From a virus: a stretch of 64,000 nt of DNA. Of the stretch, positions 46,080 through 56,766 are shown piece after piece. The translations under genes were made by a program, and so were the position numbers. The DNA is taken from the UHGV virus genome UHGV-0091736. One strand, written 5' to 3'. Numbering within the stretch: the first letter of the stretch is position 1; each line of letters begins with the position of its first letter. The notes beneath the pieces were generated by a model. The model saw only the letters and a program-made list of their open reading frames with translations, had not been told where the DNA came from and made no database searches.

Positions 46080-47138
46080 ATGGCTAATCCAACTTTATTT
46101 GTATCGTATGACCAGAATGGTAAAAAACTTTCTTTTGCTAACTGGATTTCTGTTCTGTCCCCTCAGGATACCCCGTTCGTATCCATGACCGGTAAAGAGT
46201 CTATCAACCAGACTATCTTTAGCTGGCAGACCGATGCACTGGCAAGCGTTGACGGTAATAACGCACACGTCGAAGGCTCTCGTGCTGAAGACGGCGAAAT
46301 GAAACCGACTGTTATCAAGTCTAACGTTACTCAGATTCTGCGTAAGGTTGTTCGTGTTTCTGATACTGCTAACACCACCGCTAACTACGGTCGTGGTCGT
46401 GAACTGATGTATCAGCTGGAGAAGAAAGGTAAAGAGATCAAGCGTGACCTCGAGAAAATCCTTCTGTCCGGTCAGGCTCGTACCGACGTTCTGGCTGACC
46501 AGTACCTGACTAACTCTGCAACTGATCCTGCTGTTGTTGGTCTGAATGACACCCATGCAGCTCGTAAGACTGGTGCATTCCAGTTCCTGTGTGCTCACGG
46601 TGGTCTGGCTGGTGGTGTTGTTGACAAGACCAAGAATGGTCCTGCTGACCCGGATACTGGTGCAGTAACTGTTAAAGTTGCACAGAATGCTTCTAACCTG
46701 ACCACTAACATTGGTTTCGACGAAGCTGATATCTTTGATATGACTCTGCAACTGTATACCGCTGGTTCTGAAGCAGATATCATCATGATTAACCCGGCTC
46801 ATGCTAAGATCTTCGCTGGTCTGCAAGAAAATACTCAGGGTTCACGTAAGCGTATCTTTGAGAACACCAAGCAGTTCATCTACGAAGTTAACAGCATCAC
46901 TGACCCGCTGGGTCAGAGCTACAAAATCATCGTTAACCGTTGGATGCCTACCGATGCAGTTTACTTCTTCCGTAGCGCTGACTGGACTCAGATGGTTCTC
47001 CGTGCTCCGAAACGTACTGAACTGGCTAAGGACGGTTCTTACGAGAAGTGGATGATTGAAATGGAAGTTGGTCTGCGTCACCGCAACCCATATGCTTCCG
47101 GCGTTCTGTTCACTGCTGCGGGAAAGGTGGCGGCGTAA
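46080..47138 (+). CDS. major capsid protein
   Basis: 352 aa; strong codon bias; flanked by scaffold and Ig-like extension; terminator after 47662. Confidence 0.7.
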   Translation: MANPTLFVSYDQNGKKLSFANWISVLSPQDTPFVSMTGKESINQTIFSWQTDALASVDGNNAHVEGSRAEDGEMKPTVIKSNVTQILRKVVRVSDTANTTANYGRGRELMYQLEKKGKEIKRDLEKILLSGQARTDVLADQYLTNSATDPAVVGLNDTHAARKTGAFQFLCAHGGLAGGVVDKTKNGPADPDTGAVTVKVAQNASNLTTNIGFDEADIFDMTLQLYTAGSEADIIMINPAHAKIFAGLQENTQGSRKRIFENTKQFIYEVNSITDPLGQSYKIIVNRWMPTDAVYFFRSADWTQMVLRAPKRTELAKDGSYEKWMIEMEVGLRHRNPYASGVLFTAAGKVAA

Positions 47139-47662
47139 CAGTAGACAGTGTGACTGTTAGCCCTGCGTCTTTAGCAAGTCTAGAGACAGGGGCTACTCGG
47201 CAGTTCACTGCAAGCGCGGAGAAAAGTGATGGTTCTACCGAAACAACTGGCTTTACTTGGTCAGTGACAGGAGGTGGTTCTATCACTCAGTCGGGTTTGT
47301 ATACTGCTCCGAGTGCGTCTCAATCCACTGATGTATCCATTACTGCAACTTTAGAAGGTGTTTCTGGTACAGCAACCATTTCTGAAATTGTTGCTCCTGC
47401 TCCTACTATTGTGAGTCGTGGGCCAATTACAGGTAAAGTAGGTGGTACTACCACTAACTTCAACACCATGTTTACTGTAACTAATTCTATTGCTGATGAT
47501 TATACACTTGTTGTAACTCCCGCAGAAGCTGGTACAATAAGCGCTAATAATTCGTTAAAATTAGATGCTGCTGCAAGTGGCGAAGTTACTGTTCAAGCTA
47601 GTTTGACAGCCACTCCGTCTATCAATGCAACATGCACTTTTACTGGTGTAACACCTGCTTAA
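47126..47662 (+). CDS. Ig-like (Big_2) C-terminal extension of capsid protein, reached by programmed -1 frameshift
   Basis: Slippery heptamer G_GGA_AAG at 47120-47126, 10 nt before capsid stop; -1 frame stays open and encodes VSPASL...TRQFTASAEK...FTWSVTGGGSITQSGLYTA. Confidence 0.6.
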   Translation, partial: GGGVTVDSVTVSPASLASLETGATRQFTASAEKSDGSTETTGFTWSVTGGGSITQSGLYTAPSASQSTDVSITATLEGVSGTATISEIVAPAPTIVSRGPITGKVGGTTTNFNTMFTVTNSIADDYTLVVTPAEAGTISANNSLKLDAAASGEVTVQASLTATPSINATCTFTGVTPA

Positions 47663-47667
47663 AACTA

Positions 47668-47698
47668 GACCCTGCCTTCGGGCGGGGTTTTTCGTTTT
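47668..47698 (+). terminator. rho-independent terminator
   Basis: CCCTGCCttcgGGCGGGG followed by TTTTTCGTTTT. Confidence 0.7.
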
Positions 47699-47720
47699 AA
47701 GACCTATACAAGCTAGTGTG

Positions 47721-47729
47721 TAATGTATA
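47721..47729 (+). promoter_or_regulatory. TAATGTATA promoter-like motif
   Basis: 34 nt upstream of ATG 47763; same 9-mer at 63306 and on minus strand at 3610-3618. Confidence 0.45.
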
Positions 47730-47762
47730 TTCTTTGTCTACATATAACAAGGAGGACAACCT

Positions 47763-48515
47763 ATGGCAATGCCAGACGTTCAAAACCCAATCAATACCTA
47801 CGGATGGCTTAAGAAGGCTGTGTCCCTCTGGGCTGACCGTGATGACTCTGAATTTATCAATCAAATTCCAAACTTTATTAATTTTGCAGAGAAAGAGATT
47901 TATCGTAACTTACGTATTCCTCCTCTGGAAAAAGAAGTCTATCTAGGGATTAAAGATGGTATAGCTTATATTCCACCAGATTATCTAGAGGCTCAATGGA
48001 TGATGAGAGCTGTGGATGGTTCAATATTTCAAGTGACTTCTCCAGAAGAGATAAGCTATCGAAGACAGCATGGGGCTATTAACTCTTCACATTGGAATAA
48101 CCAACCTGTTAATTTTGCACGGTTTGGAGCACGCTTCTTATTCTACCCTAGAATCAATGCAGATGTTCCACATTACCCTGATGATGGTAGTCCGATTGTT
48201 CCAGCAGAGAACTCCGTAATTTTAAGCTATTATGCAGATCCTCCGGAGTTTCATGAAGATGGTGATACAAGTGCGATTCTCACTATTGCACCAGAACTTC
48301 TTTTGTATTTTACTCTGAGGCATGCATGTTTATTTGTTCAAGATGATAATGGGGTTCAAAAGTGGTCTGCTTTAGGTAAGGCTATTCTTGATGAGCTAGT
48401 AGAACAAAGTAAGAAACAAGAATACTCTGGTTCTCCAATTGCTATACCTAATAACATGTCTAGGCTCCAGAGCAGCTTGCCAGATGTTTATGGAATACGT
48501 ACCTCACGAATATAA
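47763..48515 (+). CDS. virion structural protein (putative)
   Basis: 250 aa in late structural block; SD AGGAGGA. Confidence 0.5.
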   Translation: MAMPDVQNPINTYGWLKKAVSLWADRDDSEFINQIPNFINFAEKEIYRNLRIPPLEKEVYLGIKDGIAYIPPDYLEAQWMMRAVDGSIFQVTSPEEISYRRQHGAINSSHWNNQPVNFARFGARFLFYPRINADVPHYPDDGSPIVPAENSVILSYYADPPEFHEDGDTSAILTIAPELLLYFTLRHACLFVQDDNGVQKWSALGKAILDELVEQSKKQEYSGSPIAIPNNMSRLQSSLPDVYGIRTSRI

Positions 48516-48524
48516 GGAGATTTT

Positions 48525-51500
48525 ATGATCAGTTATAACAACTCAGCACCTACATCTGTTAACAACGTAGGTCAGTTTGGTGCTACGGAAGGTTCTATTG
48601 GTGCTTATAAGTCAGCAGCTGAGTATGCGGCTGATGCTAAATATTGGGCGCTTCTCTCACAGACTAAGTATTCATCTGTAGAAGATATTCTAGCCGAAGT
48701 GGAACGTCTTTATGCTCAAGGACAGTTACTTGAGAGTGATATTAAACAGCTTAGAGATGACTTTGAAGCACAGGAACAAGTACTCTTAGGTTTGATTCAA
48801 TCCACAGGGACTGCAATTGACAATACCAATGCAGCTACAGAACTATCTAGAGAAGCTACACAAGAAGTACTTGCTCAGTTAGATATCATCTCTAACATGA
48901 CAGTTCAGACTGCACTACTCCCTCCGGGAAGCTTAGCAACTGGTTCCTATGATAACTCAACAGGCGTCTTTACTTTTGGTATTCCAGAAGGGCAACCCGG
49001 CCGTGATGGTACTGATGGAACAGTTAGCGATATTGGAAATGTTCCCGTTGGTGTTCCAGTTGTTGATGACTATGGATTCTATGTAGACAAGGACGACGGT
49101 GGGTTATACAGAGCTAATATGTCAGATATTGCCAATCTTGTTCCTTCTATCAGATCTATCTCTATCAATGGCGGCGCTGAGCAAACAGGTTCAGTGGTTT
49201 TTGATTCTGTCTCCACATTCAATGGACGTAAGGGTGCTGTAGTTCCTGCTACTGGAGACTACACAGCTGCTCAAGTGGGAGCTTTTAGTGTAACTAATAA
49301 CCTATCCGAAATAACCGACACAAGTGCAGCTATTACAAATATTGGACTCGCTGAGTATGGGATTGGTAGCCCTACCTTAACCACAGTGGAGGCTCTGGAC
49401 TGGCAAACATTTAATTTTGTCAATGGAGGTAACTATTCAACATTAATGTCGAATATTACAAATGCCCCTGCTGAGATAGCATATCCTGCCAATTTTGGGT
49501 TATATATTGAAGTCATTGGCGTACTTACAGGAGGAGGTGAGGTACGAGTGGTGCCACGGACAAACAATAATAACTACTACTCAGTTTTCTCTGTAAGGTG
49601 GACTGGAATAGTTGGTTCCCGAGTATTTACAGTACGAGAAGAGCTGTCTTCCGCTCGCCCTGTGACTATCTCTCAGGGTGGCACTGGATCTACTTCAGCA
49701 GAGAATGCTCGACTAGCTCTAGTTGCTGCAAAGAGTGGAGATAACTCTGATATCACCTCTATGACTAACAAGGTTACTTTCACACAACCTCCAGTGGTTC
49801 CCGATGCTGTAGATGATAATAATGCAGTTACTTTGAGACAATTGCGTAATAGTAGCGATTCTGATGGAGTCATAGCTAACAAACAAGCCATTGCCCGTAA
49901 GTTTGGTGTTGAGCAATCAGAGGTTGTTTACTTCTCCGCAGGAGCTGCACTAAGCGGCTATAAAGTCATCTATGACAAAGAGTCACAGAAGGCTTATTCT
50001 TTACCTACTGACCTTGATTCAGATGTTACTGCTATTAGTCTTAGTACTGCTGGGGTGCTAGTTCATTCTGCTGGTAATGTGGACTTGGGTGGATTAGCAG
50101 TTACTCGTGAAGAGTATGTTACTTTACCAGGTTCATTTTCTACCGGGGTAACTGTTAATACTAAGAACGAGTTGGTTGTGTTTACTGATGGTAAATATCG
50201 TTGGGAAGGTACTTTACCTAAAGTGGTTGCTGCTGGTTCAACTCCTGCATCAACGGGGGGTGTTGGTTCTGGTGCTTGGGTCAGTGTTGGTGTTATTTCA
50301 CTAAGAACAACGATTTCTTCCACTACAGGTTCCACACTAGTTGGATATAAATATAAGTTGGAAAATTCTGCAAGTATCCGTAATGTTGCTGATGTTCTAA
50401 ATGAACGGGTCAGTCTTTGGGATTTCCACTGTGACTCATCGGGTAATATTATTCAGCCGGGACCTTCCATTGACAGTCGCCCGTATTTGCAGAATGCAAT
50501 TGATTTTGTTAGTTCTGTTGGTGGGGGTACTTTACTCATTCCTCAGGGTTACACTTGGTATCTGAATAGCATTAGCACAGGCCCCGTCTCTGGGCATAGC
50601 GGACTCATCCAGCTTAAGAGCAATGTAAGCATCAAGCTGGACGGCACAGTTAAAGTAGGTCCTGCCTTAGCTAACAGTTCCTTCCAAGTCTTCGTGGGAT
50701 TCACTGATGGTAATCCAGCTAACTCTGGTAACCTAGATAACTGCCATATATTTGGTGAAGGTAGTATTGACTTCGGGGGTTATGACTTCGCTGACGCAGG
50801 TCACTTGCGTAATGGTATCGCGTTTGGTAAGGGGTACAACTGTTCAGTAGACGGTATTACGTTCGTTAACGGTGACGTTACATGGGGTATAACTCTTGGA
50901 TGGAACGGTTACGGTTCAGACTCGCACGTCCGCAACTGCCGCTTCATTAACCTTATCCAGAGTGAAGTTAACCGTGACCATAGTACTGTTTACGTTAACT
51001 GCCCATTCAGTGGAGTTAGCAACTGCACATTCCGTGCAAGCTCTGCGCGTGCCAAGGTAATTGCGTGTACGGTGGAACTGCATCAGCAGAACACCTACTA
51101 CCGCAACAGTATCATCTCAGGTTATACACGTGGATGTTATGTAGCCCTGCATGGTGCTGAGTCTGCTGGTGCAGGTGCCTATCTGTATAATGCCGAAGTA
51201 TCTGGGGTCATCGGAGATATCTCTGGTCAGGCTGTCATATTAGCGGCAGGCCCAGATGATACAGCTACTACATACATTAATGGTCTTACGGTATCTAACT
51301 GTCGATTCACTGCTGGAAACCACCCGGGTATGTGCAGCTTCATCGACTTCTTCCAAGACGATAACTCTGACTCAAGTCAGTACCGCATCAATCACGTTAC
51401 GGTTAAAGGGTGCAGCTTCATTGTCGATAGGGGCCGTTCTCTTAGTGCAGCCATTACCCTGAACGGTAGCATTCAAGGCATCACCTTCCAGGATAACTTC

Positions 51501-52091
51501 TTCGATGTTAAGCAGGCTATGGTATCAGAACTCCCTAGCGGACGCACTGTACAGTTAGAACGCTTTAACTGGGATGCCAGCAATATCATCGGCGACGATA
51601 ACACTGGTACTCGTACTGGCCTGAACCTGTTTGAGACTCAGAGAGTATCCAGTATGTCGCGCTGTAACATTCAGGTGCATATGCGACAGCCTAGTTCGGA
51701 CCTGTACTGCTTTATGTATTTCAGGCCAAATGATACAACATTCAGTGACTGTACCTTTGAGGTATTGCCATATAATTGGTCTTGTACATCTGGTAATCCT
51801 ATATTTTTTGGCAGTACAGGCGTCCCAGCGTCTGGAATGCGCGTCAGGTTTCCTAAACAAATTTCGTTCACGTTGTCAGCCGGGAGTAACGTCCAACGCG
51901 TTACTGCTTCGGGAAGTTATGCTTGGGTGGCCCGGGCGGATGCTCTTGACCCCCGCAGTATTTCTGGGCAATTTGATGCTCCCGCATCATATACGGGGGC
52001 AAATAACGGGCAGTTGGTAGGTCTAGGCTGGCAGCTTGACGGTATAGAGCATGTTTATGATCATAATGTGTATCTTCAGAATTTCAACTGA
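48525..52091 (+). CDS. tailspike / tail fibre protein with beta-helix-like region
   Basis: 1188 aa; repetitive Asn/Gly/Cys-containing rungs (NCHIFGEG, NCSVDGITFVNG, RNCRFINL, SNCTFRAS) typical of right-handed beta-helix folds. Confidence 0.6.
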   Translation: MISYNNSAPTSVNNVGQFGATEGSIGAYKSAAEYAADAKYWALLSQTKYSSVEDILAEVERLYAQGQLLESDIKQLRDDFEAQEQVLLGLIQSTGTAIDNTNAATELSREATQEVLAQLDIISNMTVQTALLPPGSLATGSYDNSTGVFTFGIPEGQPGRDGTDGTVSDIGNVPVGVPVVDDYGFYVDKDDGGLYRANMSDIANLVPSIRSISINGGAEQTGSVVFDSVSTFNGRKGAVVPATGDYTAAQVGAFSVTNNLSEITDTSAAITNIGLAEYGIGSPTLTTVEALDWQTFNFVNGGNYSTLMSNITNAPAEIAYPANFGLYIEVIGVLTGGGEVRVVPRTNNNNYYSVFSVRWTGIVGSRVFTVREELSSARPVTISQGGTGSTSAENARLALVAAKSGDNSDITSMTNKVTFTQPPVVPDAVDDNNAVTLRQLRNSSDSDGVIANKQAIARKFGVEQSEVVYFSAGAALSGYKVIYDKESQKAYSLPTDLDSDVTAISLSTAGVLVHSAGNVDLGGLAVTREEYVTLPGSFSTGVTVNTKNELVVFTDGKYRWEGTLPKVVAAGSTPASTGGVGSGAWVSVGVISLRTTISSTTGSTLVGYKYKLENSASIRNVADVLNERVSLWDFHCDSSGNIIQPGPSIDSRPYLQNAIDFVSSVGGGTLLIPQGYTWYLNSISTGPVSGHSGLIQLKSNVSIKLDGTVKVGPALANSSFQVFVGFTDGNPANSGNLDNCHIFGEGSIDFGGYDFADAGHLRNGIAFGKGYNCSVDGITFVNGDVTWGITLGWNGYGSDSHVRNCRFINLIQSEVNRDHSTVYVNCPFSGVSNCTFRASSARAKVIACTVELHQQNTYYRNSIISGYTRGCYVALHGAESAGAGAYLYNAEVSGVIGDISGQAVILAAGPDDTATTYINGLTVSNCRFTAGNHPGMCSFIDFFQDDNSDSSQYRINHVTVKGCSFIVDRGRSLSAAITLNGSIQGITFQDNFFDVKQAMVSELPSGRTVQLERFNWDASNIIGDDNTGTRTGLNLFETQRVSSMSRCNIQVHMRQPSSDLYCFMYFRPNDTTFSDCTFEVLPYNWSCTSGNPIFFGSTGVPASGMRVRFPKQISFTLSAGSNVQRVTASGSYAWVARADALDPRSISGQFDAPASYTGANNGQLVGLGWQLDGIEHVYDHNVYLQNFN

Positions 52092-52097
52092 TAATAT

Positions 52098-52123
52098 AAA
52101 AACCCCGCTTCGGCGGGGGTTTA
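52098..52123 (+). terminator. rho-independent terminator
   Basis: CCCCGCttcgGCGGGGG followed by TTT. Confidence 0.6.
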
Positions 52124-52186
52124 GTAGTAAGTGTGTTCAAGAAGTAATGAAACTAGTATATCACAAAAGGAATACACATAGGAGAT

Positions 52187-52411
52187 ATGAAGATGAAAAT
52201 GATGAAACAAATCAGTTATGGATTAGCTTGTGTTGCTACTGGTTTTGCTGTGTCAGTGGCTGTTCCTGTTAACGCAGTGCATCCTCTGGCAACGCAACCT
52301 GCACCAGTTGAGAAATTGAGTGCATCCTGTAAGCAGCGTACAATTCAAAATAATCTTGTGGTTATTTGTCCGGACTCTGATTCTAGTGCTCTGAGAAATA
52401 TGCTTCAGTAA
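52187..52411 (+). CDS. small secreted/membrane protein next to endolysin
   Basis: 74 aa; signal-like MKMKMMKQISYGLACVATGFAVSVAVPVNA. Confidence 0.4.
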   Translation: MKMKMMKQISYGLACVATGFAVSVAVPVNAVHPLATQPAPVEKLSASCKQRTIQNNLVVICPDSDSSALRNMLQ

Positions 52412-52441
52412 TTTAGGGCTGGCTAGAAAGGGAGGTGAAAG

Positions 52442-52933
52442 ATGGATAATGTCGCATTGCCGCCGATACAACGGAGCTTAAGCCCAGAAGGGATGGAATT
52501 CATCATGAAGCATGAAGGCATGAGAACTCGTGCTTACCAAGATTCCGCAGGTATCTGGACAATATGTGTTGGGGCTACGCGCGATATGAATGGGTATCCA
52601 GTTAGACAAGGATTAACGTATTCTATAGAGGATTGTCTAGCTCTGCTAGATAGAGACACACAAGACTCTGTTCGTGCTACTCAAAAGAACATAAAGGTTC
52701 CTTTACTAATGCATGAGTTTGATGCACTCACTTCTTTCAACTTCAATGTTGGCAGTGGGGCTTTGAGCACATCTAAGTTAAGGAAGGTTATCAATGGAGA
52801 AGTGAAAGGAGATGTTTATTCAGAATTTCTTCGTTGGGATAAAATCACGGTTAAAGGGGAGAAACGGAGAAGTCAGGGTCTTCATAACAGAAGGGTTGCA
52901 GAAGCCGATCTTTATACCGAAGCTAAATATTAA
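52442..52933 (+). CDS. endolysin, phage lysozyme (GH24-like)
   Basis: 163 aa; EGMRTRAYQDSAGIWTICVGAT and HEFDALTSFNFNVGSGA match the phage lysozyme family. Confidence 0.8.
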   Translation: MDNVALPPIQRSLSPEGMEFIMKHEGMRTRAYQDSAGIWTICVGATRDMNGYPVRQGLTYSIEDCLALLDRDTQDSVRATQKNIKVPLLMHEFDALTSFNFNVGSGALSTSKLRKVINGEVKGDVYSEFLRWDKITVKGEKRRSQGLHNRRVAEADLYTEAKY

Positions 52934-52945
52934 TGGAGGTGCCTC

Positions 52946-53749
52946 TTGGCTATTGAAACTAATGCGGTAGTAGTTACCGACTTAAACCCTCTCTATCCTC
53001 GTGATAGAGATTATATTTATGAGGGTGCAGCTCAGCTGCGCCTAGTTAAACAGGTGTTACAAAACACTTTTCCTAATCTGACAGAGCCTATGACTGTTGA
53101 TTCTGATACTCTAGCCGCCATCTCTGACAAAATCTCTTTTGCTGGAGATTATATGGACGTTGGCGGTCTTATGATTAAGAATGGTACAGCGGGTACTGGT
53201 AATAATGACTTTACCACCAAAGCTCAAATGGAATCTTTTATGCTCAACTGGATGCAAAACAAGATCTATAGGGTTGGCTCTTATTACATCACTGAGGAAG
53301 ACATTAACCCGGGAGATTCTACATCTTTAGGATTCGGTATATGGACAGCTGTTACTGGTGTTATCATGGGTGCTGGGGTTGTGAACCCTGATGGAACAGT
53401 TCCTAATGCTCAACGTGTGGAATTTACTGCTGGTGCTACCGGTGGTCGTGTTTACAATACAGTTAAGACAGAGAACCTGCCTTTAACTACAATCTCTGGT
53501 TCTAGTTTCTCTCTTTCTAATTACACACACTCCCACACAACAACGTTTGGACGGGGGGATGCTAGTGGTCATAACAGCTCACCTAACTGGTACAGCCCGG
53601 GTAGTGGATATTCTGCTGTTACAAGTTCTGATACTCACACCCACTCTATCACGGGCAGTGCAACATTTGGTTATGATGACGTATCTCGTCAACCTATAAA
53701 TACGTTACCACCTTTCCGTGCAGCATATATCTGGAGACGTATTAGTTAA
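52946..53749 (+). CDS. tail fibre-like protein with His-x-His repeats
   Basis: 267 aa; HSHTTTFG and HTHSITGSATFG repeats. Confidence 0.45.
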   Translation: MAIETNAVVVTDLNPLYPRDRDYIYEGAAQLRLVKQVLQNTFPNLTEPMTVDSDTLAAISDKISFAGDYMDVGGLMIKNGTAGTGNNDFTTKAQMESFMLNWMQNKIYRVGSYYITEEDINPGDSTSLGFGIWTAVTGVIMGAGVVNPDGTVPNAQRVEFTAGATGGRVYNTVKTENLPLTTISGSSFSLSNYTHSHTTTFGRGDASGHNSSPNWYSPGSGYSAVTSSDTHTHSITGSATFGYDDVSRQPINTLPPFRAAYIWRRIS

Positions 53750-53758
53750 GGAGGAAGT

Positions 53759-56716
53759 ATGGCTCTCTACCCAATAAAATCTTTGGGTGCGGTTGGTGTT
53801 ATTGCCGACCAATCTCCTACGGATCTGGCTCCTAATGCATTTACCAATGCAATCAACGCTCGGTTTGTAGAACAACGTGTTTTTAAAACGGGGGGCTCTG
53901 CCCCTCTTTCTTACGTCGAGAGTGATAAAGAAATAAAACCATTATCATTCACTTCAATGCCTTTTGACTACTTCAGTGCTAACAATAGTTTCTTACTGGT
54001 AGGTACAGATAAGAGTATTTTTAGATTAAATAATGAATCTATGGTTGATGTTAGTCGAAGAGTGGCTACAGTCACCAAAAAAGCCGTGTCTTATATTAAG
54101 ATAAATCCTGTATTAACAGAGATTGTCCCTAAAGAAACATCTGTCATTATGAATTTTAATGAAAGCAAGGTTCTCGAGGTATCTCTTCTTCCAGAGGGTG
54201 TTACTACTCCATCTCTTGTGTGGGAGGTTAGTAACCCTTCTTATGGCTCAATACTAGTTGATCCTGATGACAGTAAGAAAGCTACATTGAGTGTCTTGTC
54301 TAATGAGGGAAGTTTCACTGTCACTGTCTCCAATGAAGATGAATCTGTGACTGCCAGTATTTCTATAAAGGTAGTTGATTCAGATTCTGGTATCTTCCTT
54401 AATCGAGACTCTGTCCAACTCCGGAAAGGTGGAACAACCACACTTACAGCAACAACAAGTAAGACCCCTCTGACGTGGACTTCTTCTAACCCAGCTATTA
54501 TCTCTGTATCACCTAATGGGGATACTACTACGGCTGTACTTACTGCTCAGGGGGTTGGAAACGCTCTTATTACTGTAAGCAACGGTTCCAAAACCTCAGA
54601 ATGCTCTGTTATCGTTATTAATCAGATTGACAGTATCTCTTTGAGCCAAACAGATTTACAAATTAACCGAGGGACGTCTTATGTCCTATACGCTAGTCTA
54701 ACTCCATCAAATGCTGCAAATCAGAAGATAACTTGGACTTCTTCTAACCCCAATATTGCCACTGTTTCAGGAACGGGTCTTCAAGGCACTGTTTCTGGTC
54801 TCACAGCCGGGTATACAGTTATAACAGCAACTACTGAAGAAGGTGAAAGGACAGCCACCTGTACTGTTAGGGTTGATTTATCAAGCAGGATGCTTTTTGC
54901 TGCTGCATCAGTTCCTTCTGAAGAACCAAGTTCTATGAATTCAGATATTGACACTTCGGCTATGTCAGAGGGAAACTCTTTTTATGACTACTCTATGGTT
55001 GATGGTGTCGAAGCCTATTCCATAAACGAAGTCATGTCAAGATCTACTCAACTCGAAACACTAACTTTAGACATTGTGGATACTGAAATTAATGTTGGAG
55101 ACGAGCTAGTGATAACCGCAACAGCGGCCCCTGAAGGGGATTACCTTTATACTTGGGTTGTTGATCAACCGGGGTATATATCTTCAACTTCTACTACAGA
55201 TTCTTCTTTTACTTTAACTGCTATTAAGACTGGTAAGGTGAAAATAACCTGCACTGCTAGTCAAGTGGCCCAGAGGGATTATGAAGCTTTTGAGGAGTAC
55301 CCTTGGTATAATACGATTATTTCTAACTGCGCTGTATTCACTACTCACTATGAAACTCCTCAGGTAAAAGAGTTTGCCTCTGAGTATTTCACAGATCTTC
55401 CGGGGTGGGGAGAACAGACGATAGTTGATGCTGATGGGAACCCATCTGTTGTGAAGTACAATTGGAAATGTGAAAGGGTTCGTGCTTTTAACAATCGCCT
55501 ATTTGCTCTTAATATGCGAGAGTCTAATGCATCAGGGGTTACCACTCATTACCCTCTTCGCCTTCGCTGGTCTAACTATGCTAATGAGAATAAGGCACCT
55601 ACCTTATGGGATGATTTTGCTTACGATAGGTATGTGACTTCAGACTTAGCGGCAAATGTTGTAGGACAAACTGAGGCTCTAGAAAATGGATATGCTGGGT
55701 ATATAGACTTAGCTGATTCAAACGGAAGTTTAGTTGAAGTTCTTCCTCTTAAGGATTACCTGTTTATCTATACAGAGTTTGAAACTTACATCGGATCCCC
55801 AACTAACAACACATATCAGCCTTTAATGTTCAAGAAGCTTTTCAACGATTCTGGAATCTTAGCACCTGAGTGCGTAGTTGAAGTTGAGAGTGGTCATTTT
55901 GTGGTTACTCAGAACGATGTTATTCTACACAATGGAGCAACCAAGAAATCTATTGCATCAAACAGGGTTAAGAATCTTCTCATTAATGAGGTGTGCTTAG
56001 TAAACCCTTTGGCTACTAAAGTTCATCTTCACCAAGACAAGAAGGAAGTGTGGATTCTTTATGTAGGACCCGGAGAACCTGCTGGGAGCTTTGCTTGTAC
56101 GAAAGCCGCTGTATGGAACTATGAGTTTGATACGTGGTCTTTCCGTACAATCCCATTCTCTCATTGTATTGGTTTAGTCGATCCTCCTACTTTAGAGAAA
56201 GGTCCTACTTGGGTTGATTTCCAAGAGTACACTTGGGATGACCCTTCAATCAGTGAACTTGTGTGGAGAAAGGATTCTACTAACTTCCGTCAGAGAGTTA
56301 CTGTAGTAGGTTCTTGGATGAAAGGTTTTTACCAAGTGGACATAGGTCCTTATGACTACTCTTATGATAGGCTGAATGATATTGTTGTCAAAAAGCCTCT
56401 AGAGATGAGACTGGAAAGAACTGGTATAGATTTTGACAACGTAACTAATGAATGGAATCAAAAGCACATAAACCGATTCCGTCCACAAGTAACAGGGTCA
56501 GGTACCTATATATTTCAAGCTGGTGGTAGTCAGTATTCTGATCAGGAAGATAGACATATTCACAGTGAAAAGTCTTATACAATTGGTGTGGACAGACATG
56601 TAGGTGTCCGACTGAACCATCCGTATCTATTCTATAATGTTATAGATAATGATGTTAACAGTAATGCAGCTATCAATGGTCTAACTATTGAGTTTGCTGT
56701 TGGCGGGCGAAGATAA
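53759..56716 (+). CDS. large virion protein with tandem Ig-like (Big_2) domains
   Basis: 985 aa; three Big_2-like segments between about residues 120 and 360. Confidence 0.55.
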   Translation: MALYPIKSLGAVGVIADQSPTDLAPNAFTNAINARFVEQRVFKTGGSAPLSYVESDKEIKPLSFTSMPFDYFSANNSFLLVGTDKSIFRLNNESMVDVSRRVATVTKKAVSYIKINPVLTEIVPKETSVIMNFNESKVLEVSLLPEGVTTPSLVWEVSNPSYGSILVDPDDSKKATLSVLSNEGSFTVTVSNEDESVTASISIKVVDSDSGIFLNRDSVQLRKGGTTTLTATTSKTPLTWTSSNPAIISVSPNGDTTTAVLTAQGVGNALITVSNGSKTSECSVIVINQIDSISLSQTDLQINRGTSYVLYASLTPSNAANQKITWTSSNPNIATVSGTGLQGTVSGLTAGYTVITATTEEGERTATCTVRVDLSSRMLFAAASVPSEEPSSMNSDIDTSAMSEGNSFYDYSMVDGVEAYSINEVMSRSTQLETLTLDIVDTEINVGDELVITATAAPEGDYLYTWVVDQPGYISSTSTTDSSFTLTAIKTGKVKITCTASQVAQRDYEAFEEYPWYNTIISNCAVFTTHYETPQVKEFASEYFTDLPGWGEQTIVDADGNPSVVKYNWKCERVRAFNNRLFALNMRESNASGVTTHYPLRLRWSNYANENKAPTLWDDFAYDRYVTSDLAANVVGQTEALENGYAGYIDLADSNGSLVEVLPLKDYLFIYTEFETYIGSPTNNTYQPLMFKKLFNDSGILAPECVVEVESGHFVVTQNDVILHNGATKKSIASNRVKNLLINEVCLVNPLATKVHLHQDKKEVWILYVGPGEPAGSFACTKAAVWNYEFDTWSFRTIPFSHCIGLVDPPTLEKGPTWVDFQEYTWDDPSISELVWRKDSTNFRQRVTVVGSWMKGFYQVDIGPYDYSYDRLNDIVVKKPLEMRLERTGIDFDNVTNEWNQKHINRFRPQVTGSGTYIFQAGGSQYSDQEDRHIHSEKSYTIGVDRHVGVRLNHPYLFYNVIDNDVNSNAAINGLTIEFAVGGRR

Positions 56717-56721
56717 TACTA

Positions 56722-56750
56722 AGGGAGCTTCGTGCTCCCTTTTCTTGTTT
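56722..56750 (+). terminator. rho-independent terminator
   Basis: GGGAGCttcgtGCTCCC followed by TTTTCTTGTTT. Confidence 0.6.
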
Positions 56751-56766
56751 ATAAGAAGGAGGTTAT

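Noticed and set aside
46095-46826. 243-aa minus-strand ORF antisense to the major capsid gene
   Set aside because: Shadow ORF inside a strongly biased coding region; low-complexity translation, no SD
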